Shown piece after piece: positions 33,008 through 46,650 of a stretch of DNA of 64,000 bases. Where the stretch lies: NCBI GenBank assembly GCA_037447605.1, contig CM074810.1, forward strand, positions 1,708,880 to 1,772,879, read 5' to 3'. The position numbers were made by a program, and so were the translations under genes. The notes below the pieces were generated by a model. The model saw only the letters and a program-made list of their open reading frames with translations, was not told the origin of the DNA and did not search any database. Each line of letters opens with the position of its first letter. Position 1 is the stretch's first letter. The DNA is from Zygnema circumcarinatum SAG 698-1b. Its lineage: Eukaryota; Plantae; Zygnematophyceae.

Positions 33008-36000
33008 GGAATGCGATAATTATTAAATTTTAACAGAAATTCTGCACATAGAAACAGCATCCAGTTAAACGGCAGTTAGGACAAAAGAGTTGCATTTGCA
33101 AAAAAAAAAAAAAAAGGTGGGAGGGGCTGTGCAGCTGCAAAACGATCCTTTTTCAGTTTTGAATTTCAAAATAGAAATTTAATTTATTATTATTATTTTG
33201 ATTGTAGTTTTCTTTTTGTATTCAGTCTGTGGGGTTCCCCTCCCCACTCTTCCCTGATTTCCCCCCTCTCTCCCTCTCTCTCCCTCGCAATCCCGCTACC
33301 AAAATGTCTCTGTTTCCCTCTCTCTCATTCAGACATCACCTTTCCCCCCTTTTCAGTCACATCATCATTCCATTCCCTCTGTCTGTCTGTCTTTTCTCTC
33401 TCTCACTCTCTCTCCCTCTCCGCCCTCTTTCCTCCCTCTCTCTCACGTCCCACTCTCTCTCCTCATATAATTCTCGCACTCCCCCTGCCAATCGGTCTCC
33501 ACCATTCCCCTCGCACTTATTTCCCCCCCTCCTCTCTACTTCCTGTCTCTCCCCTCCTCTCCTTTCTCCCAAGCTTAAGATCCTTACAATTCCTCTCCTT
33601 CAATCGCTCGCTTGCTCTTCCCAAATTCGCATCCCCAGCCCCTCTCCCTCCCCCCTCTCTCTCTCTCTCTCGCTCGCCCCCTCTCACTCCATCCAGTAAC
33701 TTTTTTTTCCATATCCCATTGTCTCTTTCAATCCTCTCCCTCCTCTCGTCCATCTTCTTTCCCCCACTCCCTCCCTTTCGCCATCCAATCTTCTCATCCC
33801 TCTCTCTCTCTCTCTCTCTCTCTCTCCACCTCTTCTGACTAGGTGGACTGAACCTGCATTTTCATAACCCCGCCATCTCGCTATACCCCATTTATCGGCC
33901 CCATTTGCAGCTCACATTATAACACGTTTCCAGAATCACCTCCAATGCCGAATGTAAAGGCGGAATTGGGGGATCGAAATAACTGGGGCCTGCGAAAAAC
34001 CTCATCTGAAATTGAGATTTTTTATCGTTCTTGCCGAAAAATAGAGAAATAGGGTTAGAAACAGAGGGAGAGGGAGAGGGAGTGAGTGTGGGGGAGGGAG
34101 GGGGAGAGAGGGAGGGAGGGGGTGGGGGAGGGGGAGGGGGAGAGGGAGAGGGAGAGTGAGTTTATGTGGGAGAGGGAGAGGAAGTGGGAGAGGGAAGGGG
34201 AGGAGAGGGAGGGATTGGGAGGAGAGTGAGGGAGTGAGAAGCTTCCTCGGAGCTCCCCTGGAAAGTGCGCCCAACGTTTTGATTTCTTTCTGGCCGAGAG
34301 TTGTTTCGGAAAAACTTTACTTGCTGCCTCAAAAGTTTCCGATTTGGAGCAAACGTTTTTTTCGGGCAGTTATTTTGTGACCGTTGGGTCGAATCCATTC
34401 CGCAAAGTCGTTTCTATATGAGAGGTCGACATTTATTTTCCTGCCCGAAATTCAGCTAGCCTGGCTGCCCGACATAGCGGGCAGAATCTAAAACAATCTG
34501 ACGCCCTGACGAATAATATTTTTACGTCAATAGCGGTCAGCAAAAAAATGCCACGTCGGATTGACTGGACCTGAGCACTACCATTAGTTGTATGCCACGT
34601 AACTTATGTGCCACGTGACGTGAAACCATTGGCTGTTTGACTATAATCCGCGATGCAGAAAGGCCCACTTTCTTCCGACCAGAATGTCGGTGCGTTTCCA
34701 TGCCGAGAACGGTTGCTCCGTTAAGCGTTAACACTTCCTGATTTGCACACGTGTCAATTCCGCCTCCCATTGGACCAAACACAATCCTACCAATCATTGG
34801 AAGTTTCCAACCTGCGGATCTGACACGTGGCAGTAAAGTATTGGTCGAAGTGCCAGCGTGGCACCTGGATCGCGAGAAGAGCCGTTGATCGGAAGCCCCC
34901 GAAGTGCGGGTCGGCGCTGACCTGCCACACTGGCAGGCGTGCTGGCGCGGCGGCTCCACGACCGTTGGATTCAAGTGCGGCGATGCAATCGACAGTTGTG
35001 AGCTTGCCACGTGGACAGCCGAAGAAACGGCACAATTGACAAACTCTGGTTTCTGGTTACAAACTTGCACTCGAACAGCTTTTAAAAGGGCGTGTCAGAT
35101 TTATAAAAACGAAACTGTGACTGAACGACACGGAACGACAACGAGTCAACGACACGAAGTACGGTACGGAGTTGTCGTAAAACCGCATGTAGCCTTGTAT
35201 CGGTCTGAGTCAAAAACGGAGACGGAGGTTATCTATGGCGTCACAGTTACCGTTTTGGCGGCAAAATGATGCTAGTTTCCTAAAAGCGGCTATATGTTGA
35301 ATACCGCAGTGTAGAGACAAGCATGTTTGACTGAACTTGACTACTCTTAGAACTAGCACACATGCTTCTAGTTCTACAGTATTCTGCGATTTATGACCGT
35401 TACTGAGCTGGAATTTCTGAACTACAGGCAATTTTCGGAATTACAGTCAAGCAACATGGAACGGAACACGTGTCTCGTTCTCTTTGGCCTGAAAAAATAT
35501 TGATAGCCACAGAAATTATCGACGAGAAAAAAAAGTACAGAATTGAAGTGTCGCAATTTCCGTACAATTTTACCGGTCAAAGTCCGCTGCGGTCAACAGG
35601 TTTTTTACACGTGTGAGAAGGGCATCCATTCGTTTGACCCGATTCGTACCTTCTCTTTTGTCGTATGTGCCGTCATTCAAGGACACGTGTCAGCCCCAGA
35701 ACGACGGAGGCCTTTCTCAAACGTCCCTTGCGAACCGCACCAACGGCACCACCCAGGTTTCTCGCTGCCCGGATATATGACCTAAAAATATCTCGTTCAT
35801 TAGATTCGATCACAGATTCTAAAATACGAAAGTATCTGAAAACACGATCTAAAGATCTTGAAACGTATTTTGTAAAGCGAATCTCAGTATGCCACGTGTA
35901 AGTCCTGCTATCTGTCACGCGCTTACTGGTTTTCCATCCACTGTTGGAATCTAAGTGGATTCTTGAAGATCGTTGTTCTGATTTCACATGGCGAATCTAC

Positions 36001-37240
36001 GAATCAGAGTCATTCATTACACGTGTGATCTATTCATTCATCCAATTGCAGCATGACACGCAAACAGCCACAAATTTCGATTTGTTTTGTACGAATGTTC
36101 GAATCTTGACGAAAAGACCGAATCTTTTGGAAAATCGGATCTGTTTGTTCATTGTTGTCCGTATCCGGACCAGGCCGGCCAGGAAGCGGTCACCCGCGCC
36201 GACAACCGCCGCTGTACGGCGGCGGCAGCCGTTGGCGTCTGCCGACATAATTCGGTACGGGGCGGACCGGAAGCGGTCGGAACGCCAGGCGACGAAGCGG
36301 GAGGTCGGCGGGGGCGGTGAGGGAGGGAGAGGGAGGGAGAGGGAGAGAGGGGAGAGGGAGGGAGGGCAGAAAGGTAGGGAGGGAGGGAGAAGAGAGAAAG
36401 GTAAGGAGGAACAGAGTTAGGGAGGTGGACGGAGAGAGAGTGAGGGAGGAGGAAGGAAGGGCGAGAGAGGGAGGAGCAGTGGGAGGGAGGTGGAGGGAGG
36501 AGAGGGAGGGAGGGAGGGAGGAAGGGAGTTAGGGAGGGTGGAAGGGAGGTAGAAGGAGGTAGAGGGAGGAATAAGGGATAGGGGGAGGGAGGGACAGTGG
36601 GAGGGAGGTAGTGGTCGGTAGGAGAGGGTGAGGGTGGTTTCGTGGTTGGTTCGGAGGGAGGGAGGAGGAGTGGCCACGTGGATAACTGAGCAGCGGAGGT
36701 GGGAGGAGGAGATGGCGGGGCGAGAAGAAAGGTGAGAGTGGGGACAAGGAGAGTTGGTGAGAGAGGAGGGAGGAAGGGGCAGAGGACAGGCAACGATAGG
36801 TCAGTACGGATGGTAGTGGGGAGGTGGAGAAAGAGAGAGAGAGAAACGGTTATAGAGAGAGAGGAAGGGAGATGGGAAGCTCGGCAAAGTTGGCCAAAAA
36901 GTGATGATAAATTTAATAGAGGTTAATGGAGAGGGAGAGAAGGAGTGGAAGATGTAAGATTGAAAAAATCAGGGTAGAAAATTGATTTGAATGAGAAGAT
37001 CATGGATGATAAGACTATGAAAGGGAAAAGGGAAACAGAAAGCAAATCAAGTTGCAGAAAAATAAAAGCAAGGATTGAGTATGGCAGATAGAAAGAGAGA
37101 GGGAGAGGGAGAGGTTATCTCTCCATCTCTGATCTCTTAACTTAAAATGGGGCAATGCTATATTTGCTCTCTGTAATGCTTGAGCGAATCTCTCAATCAC
37201 AAATTTCTTAATAATTTAAATCTTAAACTTGCTCTTGCAG

Positions 37241-40174
37241 GCCCTCAACTATCCTCAACTTTACTATACGCAGACACTACCTCCTCCTCCTTGGAGCGCT
37301 TCTTTTTTTTTCCGGAACTCCAAAACTTTCAGCACAAGCAACGGCAGATCCCTGTGCAGATGTGGGCTCAGTGATAACTTCTTCGCGGCTTCTCCCTCTC
37401 TCAGAGTACAAAAAATGTCTTCAAACTTTTCCGTTTGATGCCGCGCAAGCTAAGGCCGTCTTGAACACTATGTGGAAAACCTTAATCCAAATTTATCCGT
37501 ATACTGATATTGCGATTAAGGCGCCCGACGACCGGCTCTATAGCCGACTCCGACTGCGGCGACAGCTTTTACGGATTCAGAAAACTGTGTACGAAACTGA
37601 CTTTGATTTTCACGCCGATCTTTCGAGCACTATAGAAAAGCTGAACGATGGGCACACGGGGTGGACTCCGGAGTGCTATGAGGGCTCAATTGCCACAATA
37701 AGTGGGCTTCCAATGTTGCAAGTTTGGGACTCTTCAAGGAACAAAAGTGTGGTCAAAGTTGCTCCTACGGAAGGTGAGTCACTTGAAGGAAAGAAGAGGT
37801 TGAACATCGATTTGTTGATTCAACTGTGGTTTTCGATCTGGCTGAAACTAGTGTAGGGTTCAGATTTTTCCCCTTTGAAGTATCAATGTCAGTAATGTTG
37901 TCTCATTCTTTGCTTTTCTATGTTGCTTTTGCCCTCTCCTGTCTCAGTTTTCACAGTTTTGGTCACAAAGGGTTACGGAATTCTGTTCAATGCGACGGCG
38001 GAGGCTGCGAAAACTGATAATCTGCTGACGTATGCGGGAGCGGAAGTTGAAGAAATTGACGGAATGGCAGCCATGGATTACGTCACCATCCGGGCGAGGC
38101 GCGTGGGGGGGTACCGCCACCAGCAGACGCGAATTAATTCTTTGTTTGTGCGCCCCTCGGCGAGGGGAGGTCTAGGAAATGGCTACTTTTTGGGGGAGCT
38201 CATGAGTCCCTCAAACATTCCCAAAAACAGTTCTTTCACGGTTACACTAAAAAGGTAAGGAGGGAGGGAGGGAGGGAGGGAGGGAGGGAGGGAGGGAGAT
38301 GAACTTTTTATAAGCGTTTAATAATCTGATGTCGAAAAAAGAAGGTGCAGCAGCTTACAAATGAGCATGGTCGGGGTGTGCAGGAAATCGTCAAACACTT
38401 CCGAGACCTTTGCAGTTCCGTATTTCGCGTACTACTTTGGAGATTTTTTCAACAGCAGTTCACAGTTCTATGCACTAAACTGCGAGGCTACGCCCATAGA
38501 AGAGTCCGCTGCCACTGGTTCAGTTTCAGTTAACCAACGGGAGCCCATGTCCATGGGCACATCCAGTCTCCAATTCGACATGCCGTACAACACTCCCAGG
38601 GAGCGGCCCGTGCTGCAGCCACGTGGCAGCACTGTGGAAGAGTTCGCTAGCACGGCGGCCAGCGAGGCGAGCTACCAACGCCTCTCACTGGAAAGTGATT
38701 TCATACAGGTGCGTGGATGTACAGATAATATATGGTTTATTGGAGGGAGGAGGGAGGGAGGTGGGGAGAGGGAGAGGGAGGGAGTTAGAGACGAACGATG
38801 AAGACGAGTAACAGGCGAAGAGAGAGGAGAGGGGGGGAAGGCAGGAGAGGGAAGGAGGGAGAGGGAGGGGACGAGAGGGGAATGCATGAATTCGACTTAA
38901 GACTGTGTTGCATAAAGTGATTCTGTTTCCTTTCACCCCCCCACCCCCCCCCCCCACTCAAAAAATCCCCTCCCTTGTTTTCTTTTTTCTTCGCTTGGGC
39001 AGGTCTATTTACTGGCAGACATGACCACAGCGGTGATGACAATTCCTGACTTCCTCGGCAGCGCTGTGAACAGCCCCTCCGAAGCCAATCCCCAGGACGT
39101 GTTCGTTTTTGAGCTTTTGACTGCTTACAATACGGTCGCGTGAGTTCGCTTCTCCCTCCCTCCCTCCCTCCCTCCCTCCTTCCCACTCTCCCTCCCTCCC
39201 TCCCTCCACTTCCCCCTGCTTCCCTCCCTCCTCTCCCTCCACTTCCCCCTCCTCCCCTCCCTCCTCTCCCTCCACTTCCCCCTCCTCCCCTCCCTCCTCT
39301 CCCACCACTTCCCCCTCCTCCCATCCCTCCCTCACCTCACCTCCCCCTCCTTCTCTCCCTCCTCAGATCCTCAGGGGCTCCCCGCCTCATCATCGACCTC
39401 AGCAACAATGGCGGTGGTTTCGTCAACGCTGCGGCCATTCTCACGCAGCTTTTCTTCCCGAGTTCGAGCTATCCCGGCTTCTTTTCTCAATTCAAAGCGA
39501 ACAATTTTATTCAGCAAGCTTACAATCAAGCTTCCACTCTCTATCCAATTTACACGGGTTCAGACTTCGACATATCGGGGAACGGAGATGCGACGGGCGC
39601 GCCTTTTAACAGTTCTAGCGAGTTCTTTGTTCCTTTGGAGACTATCACACGGAACAATGGCACGGCCCCTTACTGCGCTCCGTTCAAAAAGGTCGACCTT
39701 TTGACTTACCGTTACAGAATTCTATACCCCAATACCTTTCCCACCCTTCCCCTCTTCGATCCCAACAATATTGTTCTCCTCACTAACGGCCTCTGCTACT
39801 CATCTTGCGCTCTCTTTAGCTACCAAATGCGGCAGCTCCACAACGTGACAGTTGTCACGATCGGCGGCCGACAAGACGTGGGACCGTTCGCATTTGCCGA
39901 CGGAGCTGTTGGGTTTGTATCCGAAAATTTCACCTCCTTTTATATCAAGAATGTGAAGAACTTGAACCTTGAATCGAGCGAATATGCGCCTCCGCCTCTT
40001 GCAGTGAAGGGCTCACTGCGCTTTACCTTGACTCAATCTTTCGGCCCCAAAAGCTCCACCACCCCCCAAGAGTTTATATATGAGCCCTCGCAGATAAAGC
40101 TCCGATATACTGAGGAGAATGTGCTCTCCCTTCCGGTTGTATGGACAGAAGTGGCGACTCTATTTTCTGGCTAA
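37241..40174 (+). CDS. Secreted CPAF-like/fungal-type S41 peptidase, paralog C; exons 37241-37773, 37948-38254, 38384-38708, 39003-39139, 39367-40174; start codon upstream and unresolved
   Basis: RRHYLLLLGALLFFSGTPKLSAQATADPC, LNDGHTGW, GAEVEEIDG, TAVMTIPDF, LIIDLSNNGGGF, VLLTNGLCYSSCALF, PQEFIYEPS. Exon lengths 533/307/137 are identical to paralog A. Confidence 0.88.
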
Positions 40175-40541
40175 GGAAGAGAGAGAGAGGGGGGGGAGGG
40201 GGGAGAGAGAGAGAGTCAGAGAGAGAGAGGCGCTGAGTTGCAGTTTTGATTCCCCTCCAGGGACTTTTTTAGAGCACGAGAGGGCGCAGTAATCGCAGCA
40301 AATTTTCATTCTGGAGAGATTCAATTTTTAGCTTCAATGTTCTCTTTTTATCTCAGAGCACATTTTTGGGAGGCAGCGAGAGAAAGAGAGAGAGGACAAC
40401 AAACGGACTTGTCTATAACTGGCAGAGTTTTTTTTTTTTGTAGGATCATTCTCTCTTGTGGATGAGTTCCATTTTTTAATTTTGCTATGTTTGTGCTTAT
40501 TTGGTAAGCATAATTTATCGAAGTTTACAGTATACCCCATT

Positions 40542-40744
40542 AGGGGGGGTCAGACTTAACACATGGCCAAATCAATTTAGTAAGCCTGTCGGGCGAATTA
40601 AGCATTAGCTAGGTACGCATTTCGGTACGGCTGGGTTCGGCGGAGCCGCGGATCCCGATCCAGAATTCGTACACGAAACTCTGACTTTTAATATAGACTA
40701 AATTCGGGAATTTAGTACGCTCCGGGCTAAGTCTGACCCCCCCT
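40542..40744. mobile_element. ~200-bp MITE with 17-bp perfect TIRs between convergent S41 paralogs C and D
   Basis: AGGGGGGGTCAGACTTA ... TAAGTCTGACCCCCCCT. The flanks give an ATT (3-bp) or TA (2-bp) target-site duplication depending on the boundary chosen. Confidence 0.8.
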
Positions 40745-41570
40745 ATTTCATCGAACGTTTCAGAGAGGAGGCAGGCAGGCCGCGTGAAAACCTGGTTTTT
40801 CCTAAGAAACCAAAGAGCCGTTGGATTGTACGAAAATTTGTACAGACGACCAAAACGTTTTTTCTATGGAAGATTTCGGCGTCGTGTGCGACGCCTTTCC
40901 GGGTTCCATGAGGGCTCGTTGCCAACGTGGCACCTACGTGGCTTCAACGCTAGCAAAAAAAAAGGGAAAACTTTCACCCAATCGTGTTTAACCACGTGGC
41001 AACTGAAGATCGGACTCGACCCCACGCGCGGTGCTGGTGCCACGCTGGCACGCGGCCGTCGACCGCGGTGACCGCGGTTAGGGTTGGAGGCCCGGCCATG
41101 GCATGGCTCCCCATGCGCAGGGCCATGCCATGCGGCCATGCAGCCGCGACTTGCGGTTTGTGAAATCGTCTTTTGCTGAGAATAAAACTCCGCATCAACA
41201 ACTCCTTTCAGCAATATTGAACTTCTTTATGCAATCTTAAGACAGGCATCCACGCAGAGGCAGCCCTAGACCTCCACAACTGAAGTGCAAGCACATCACC
41301 TTCACAGGCGATGGCGATGAACAAAACGTGGACCATCATTCGTACACTTCTACACATCATAACCAGCCATAACTCTTGGTATAAATTCAGTATAATTAGG
41401 AACGGTTCAAGCATAATAAACATGCGACTGTATCAAGCAAATTCCCTCATCGTGAATTCAAGCTACGCCATGCCTCCTCTTCACGTCCTATATAAGCATT
41501 GTCCCGCCCTGCTGCCCCCCTCACCCGCTAACACATTGAGAAGGAGTGCCCTGCATGTTACTGCCCCTTC

Positions 41571-44500
41571 TCATTTTGGAAAAAGAAGCGCTGCTTCCTC
41601 CCAAACAGCAGGGAGTGAAAACACATTCTTGTCCGTGTACCGCAGTTTGAAGTCGCCGGGCACATATACAAACTCTTGGGGAATGGTGGAGCTCTCTGGG
41701 CCGTACGATTGAGCCGCTGTAAAGGTCAACGTGCCTTGCACAGGGAGAGGTTTAGGCGCCTTAGGGTTCAATTCGAGGCTCAAATCATAAACATTGCTCT
41801 TGTAGAAGTTGGAGAAAGTATCGACAAAGCCGCTATAGCCGTCGGCAAATGAGAAATTTCCACCACCTTGTCGACCGCCGATCGTGACAAGTGTCACGTT
41901 GTAAAGCCGCATCTGAGCAGTGAATGCGGCGCAGGAAGAGTAGCAGAGCCCATTGCTCAAGAGCATGATGCTCCTTCCATCAGAAAAGATGGGCCCATAT
42001 AGGGAAAAATCGTAATATGAAATACTGCTCGGCAGCTTAAACAATGAAGAGAAGGGTTCAGTGAGCCCGTTCTGAGTTTTGTTCAACAAAGGGACGAAAA
42101 ACTCCGAGGAGCTGTTGAAGTCATTGCCGTCGACGTCTGCAAAGTTTCGGTAGTCATACGAAGAAGCGGTAGTGAACTGTTTACTAGAGGCTCGGCGATA
42201 AGCATCTTTGGCGAATCCACTCGCCTTGTATTGTAAGGGAAAGCTGGTGTCGTTTGCAGTTTGAAACAAAATTTGGGTGAAGTATGATGGGAGGGATGCA
42301 TATCCGCCGAGGTTGTTGCTGAGGTCGATAATAAGACGAGAAGCATTTGTATTCCTGCGGTCAAAGAGCAATTGACACGAGACTGAAAATCAGCTGCGCT
42401 ATGAGCACAGGAGAATTTACTTCCCTTACACTTTTCATATTGAAAATGGTCGTTCGGTTCAGTGTCAAAAGTTCTGTTGCAGCATATCACGTGCTAAATA
42501 TAAAGAATGGAGGAAGACTGGTACTTCAATATGTTGTTAATTCTCCAAGACCACTCTATTCATGTTCATGTCTTTCTAGATTCCGGCTAAATTTGCCCAA
42601 AAGAAATTTCAAAAACCTATTTCGCAGACATTGCTTGACCCATGGTTTGCATGGAGTGCAAAAATAAGGCTCGTTAACGGGTGAGGTTGCTTCTTGATGG
42701 AGAGACTGACCTGATAAGTTCATAGGCACTTTGTATTTCAAATTTAAGATCAGTATCCGTAGAATAATATGTAGAGGGACCAAGGAAGTCAGGGATGGTC
42801 AGAACCGCGGTTTCAAGGTCATCCAACAAATACACCTGCAAAAACAAAGCCAAAATTAAAGCAGCTAGTTATACCACTACGCTTATATCAAGTAGCACGA
42901 GCTAGTCCAGAACACAAGCAAATTCCACCTGCTCACTCACCTTCTCACTCCCTCCCCACATTCTAACTCCCCCAGCTCCGCCTTTCGCCCTTCCCGCATT
43001 TCTACATCCCTCCATCTCTACTGCATTCCTTCCCCTTCTCCCTCCCATTTTTCCATCTTCCCAACCAGTTACCTTTCACAGCTTCTTACATTTTTATCCG
43101 CCTTCCTTCCCTCACCTACTCCCTCCTCCCACTTCCTCTTTACGCCTCCCGCATTCTAGCCTTCTCTATCTCAGTCCTCTCTCCCTTCCTACATAAGCAC
43201 GGACCTGAAGGAAATCAGCAGGCGAAGAGAAGACACGTGGAGGGCCCTTCTGGCCCATCTTCATGGCGTTTAGCTTTTTTGTCTTTCCTGGTGGCAGCAT
43301 TTGTGGCTTCTCCCACGGAATGCTATAAGGGCTGAAAGGCTTACTGTTCGGATTCCCTTTTGTTCCTTTCGCTGAACTGTCTAAAAACGAATCAGAAGTA
43401 GCTTTGCAGTTTGAAGCATAGAACGTGGAGCTATTGCTGACAGAATAACTACCCTCATAATCAACGAGATACGGAACAATGAGAGTGTCAGACGTATCGG
43501 AGCCTATCCTGCACAGATGAAAAGAAATGGAAAGAGGAAAGGAGGAAGATTTAGTAAATTGGAAAATCGAAGGGAAAGTTCGGGTTAAAGAAAGGAGGGA
43601 AGTGACTGACTGAGGCGAAGGGGAAGGACGCTAACGAGGACGAGCAATGAACGAAAGGAAAGATAAGGAGATGACGAGGAAGAGAACGAGCATAAGGCAA
43701 GGAGATATGGAGAGGAAAAGGAGAGGGAGAGGTAAAGGAGAGAGAGAAAACAGAGAACAATGGAAGAGGAGGTTATGGGAACTAAAAATTTGAACGAGAG
43801 GAGGAAAAAAAATCAAGGAAGCCATATGGAAAGAGGATACATGGACGGGAGAAGATGGAGTGGACAGGGAGGATAGACGACACAATTTAAGACAAACAAT
43901 CTGGTCAAAGAAATCGGCGGAGAATGGACAAAGGTTGTCGAGTATGTGAAGCCGTCCATACTTGCGAAGTTTGAGAGTGAGAGTGTCATTTTCAGGCAAA
44001 ACGGATGGGTTCATCAGCTCTCCCAGGTATATGCCGCTTCCCACCCCTCCATACGAAGAGGGGCGAGCAAAAAGGGAGTTGATTCGCGTTTGTTGGTGGC
44101 GGAAGTTACCCACTCGCTGGGCTCTGCGAATGATGTAGTCCATTGTGGGCAACCCATCGATCTCCTCCACTTCCGCACCGGCATATGCCAGAATAGAGGT
44201 GATATTCATTGCTTCCCTAGCTTTCTTGAAAATATAAGAAAAGCCAGCGTCGTACAATAGTTCGAAGGCTGTAACAAGACCCAACACTCACAAACCGTTA
44301 AGGCACGGGTATTACGACGGTCTCAAGAGCAAAGATCAGAGGGTGAGAGAGAAGTTATACGTGAAAGTCCAATCAGCATACGTAAGAAAAATAACTACAG
44401 ATTACAGAAAAGAGTACACCAATGGAAACCAGACGAACCCAAAAAATTCCACAACGCTTTACGTTTGACTTAGCGGGAGCTTGCCTGCAATGGGAGCAAT

Positions 44501-44995
44501 CTTCACAACGCTTGCCTTCGTTGTTGAATCGTACACTTGAACCATCGGGAACGGTGTGAAGACATACGCACTTCCCTCGTAGCAATTCGATATCCACTTG
44601 GTGTGGCCGTCATTCAAGCTGCCAATTGTTTTCGTGAGGTCACGATGAAACTGAAAATCGTTCACATATGTGGTCTTTTGAATTCGCAGAAGTTCATATC
44701 GGAGCCGAGTTCGACTGTAGAGCCGTTGATCCGGAGCTTTGATCGCCAGATTTGTGTACGGATAAATGTTGACCAACATCTTCCAGACGGTGTTCAAGGT
44801 GGATTTGGCTTGCTCGGAGTTATAGGGAAATGATTTGAGGCATTCATTGTAATCCGAGTAAGGCTGATACGCATAGTAACCAACGTATTCGCACGGGTCC
44901 GAACCGTACTCGTACTGCGCAGCCATCTTCGGCAATCCAGCACTCAACAGTAGGAGAGCTCCAAAGACAATGTGAATGACAGGCGGCAGGCCCAT
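41571..44995 (-). CDS. Secreted CPAF-like/fungal-type S41 peptidase, paralog D; exons 44995-44485, 44268-43962, 43508-43205, 42835-42711, 42354-41571
   Basis: MGLPPVIHIVFGALLLLSAGLPKMAAQ, DPC, LNDGHTKW, GAEVEEIDG, TAVLTIPDF, LIIDLSNNLGGY, MLLSNGLCYSSCAAF, PQEFVYVPG. Intron 1 uses a GC donor. Exons 3 and 4 were read manually and are not in the ORF track. Confidence 0.87.
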
Positions 44996-46650
44996 GTTCA
45001 CGTTCCAGACCCTGAACATATATACAGAGTCATCAAATAGAAACTTTTAAATATGGAGCCCTCTGTCAGTTCCAGCCGTCCTCTCTCATATTTTGCTTCT
45101 CCCTTGCCATAGAATCCTGTTAACTGTGTTTTTCTTCGCCTGACCTGCTCTCTCCCTTCCATCCCTCTTGTTATTTATCCACTTCCACCCCTTTCTCCCT
45201 TTGTCTGCCAATCAAAGTATCTCACTCTCTCGCTCCGATGCTCTCCATTATTTCCATTCTCTCCAATGGCACCACTTCCGTCCTCATTTTATACCCTACA
45301 CTCTGCTTTCCATCTGTATTATTCCACTGACACCCTTCCTTAACTGTCTCCCTTCTCCTACGCCATCTCAACACCCAATTCTTGCACTCTCTCCCTCTCT
45401 TCCTTCCTCCAACTCCCTTCTTTCACCCCTTTCAGCCTCTCCATACATAATATATTTCAACGCTTTCCCTTCTCGTATGCTCAGACCTCGTTCTTTCACT
45501 CACTCCCATCCGACCTAATTTTCTCTTCCCCACTTTCCACTCACTCCCTCACTCCCACGCCTTCTCTACTTCACCTTGCCCTTCATCCCCCGTTTACAAT
45601 CTATTCCTTCTTTCAATTCTCCCTGACCGCCATCCCTCTCGTCTCTCCCTCTCTCTCCTCGATTTCCTGCCTCCACCCTTCCCTTCCCTCCCCCAACTTC
45701 ACTCCGTCGCATTCCCATCCCCCCTCCCTCCTTCACTCCCTTGCTTTCACTCCCTCCTTTATCTCATTTTCCTCACTTAACCTATCGTTTCCACCTTCCT
45801 TCTCTGTCCTCCCTCTTTCCCTGTCCCCCCCCTCCCCCATATCTCCATCAACTCCTTCCTCCCCTCCCTCTCTCTATCCATATGTTCAACCCTCTACCCT
45901 CTTCCTAAACCTCTCACCTTCAAATATCCCATCCACCTTCCCTCTGCCCGTCTCCTAAGCCCATCATCTCCTACTCGTCCTTCCCTCCGTCCCTCCCTTA
46001 CCTTGTTGCCTAACCTCCCTCTGCTACCTCCCATCACTATCCCCCACTCCTCCCCTCTCCTCTGATTTCTTTCGTATACAACCTTCCCTCCCTCTCTTCT
46101 CTCCTCTCTCCCCACTATCCTCTCTCCTCTTTCCCTCTCACCTTCCTCCCTCTCGTCCCCTTGCTCTTCCCCCCTACATTCTGCCCTCACCTCCCCTCCA
46201 TCCCCCCCTTCTCCCTCCCCCCTCCCTCACTCCCTCTCATAGCCACTCACCTCATCACCCCTTCCGCTGCCATATCCACGAGCTCCGCTTGCCCTCTCCT
46301 TCTTGTTCACCTCCGACTCCCTCCTCTCCCCCCTCCCTCACCCCCCGCCTATTTATTTCCGCCGCTCCTCTCCGCGCCTGCCACGTCGCGCCGCTTTGCG
46401 TCGGTCTCACGCCGCCAAAGCAAGTTTCCGTCCATCGATTTTCGGACCTTTAGATGGCAGAGAAATTTGCCCTTCCTGTCCTCGCTCGCCATTGGCTGCG
46501 ACCCCTCCACCGACCAGAAAATATTCCCTTATACTTTTCTAAATGCCATTTTACGTGGGCTTCTTCGAAACCCCATGTGGCGACAAAGTACGATAGTCAA
46601 AGCGGGTCAAACTTTCTGCCCAAGCCTTGACTTTCGCTTACGTTACGTTT

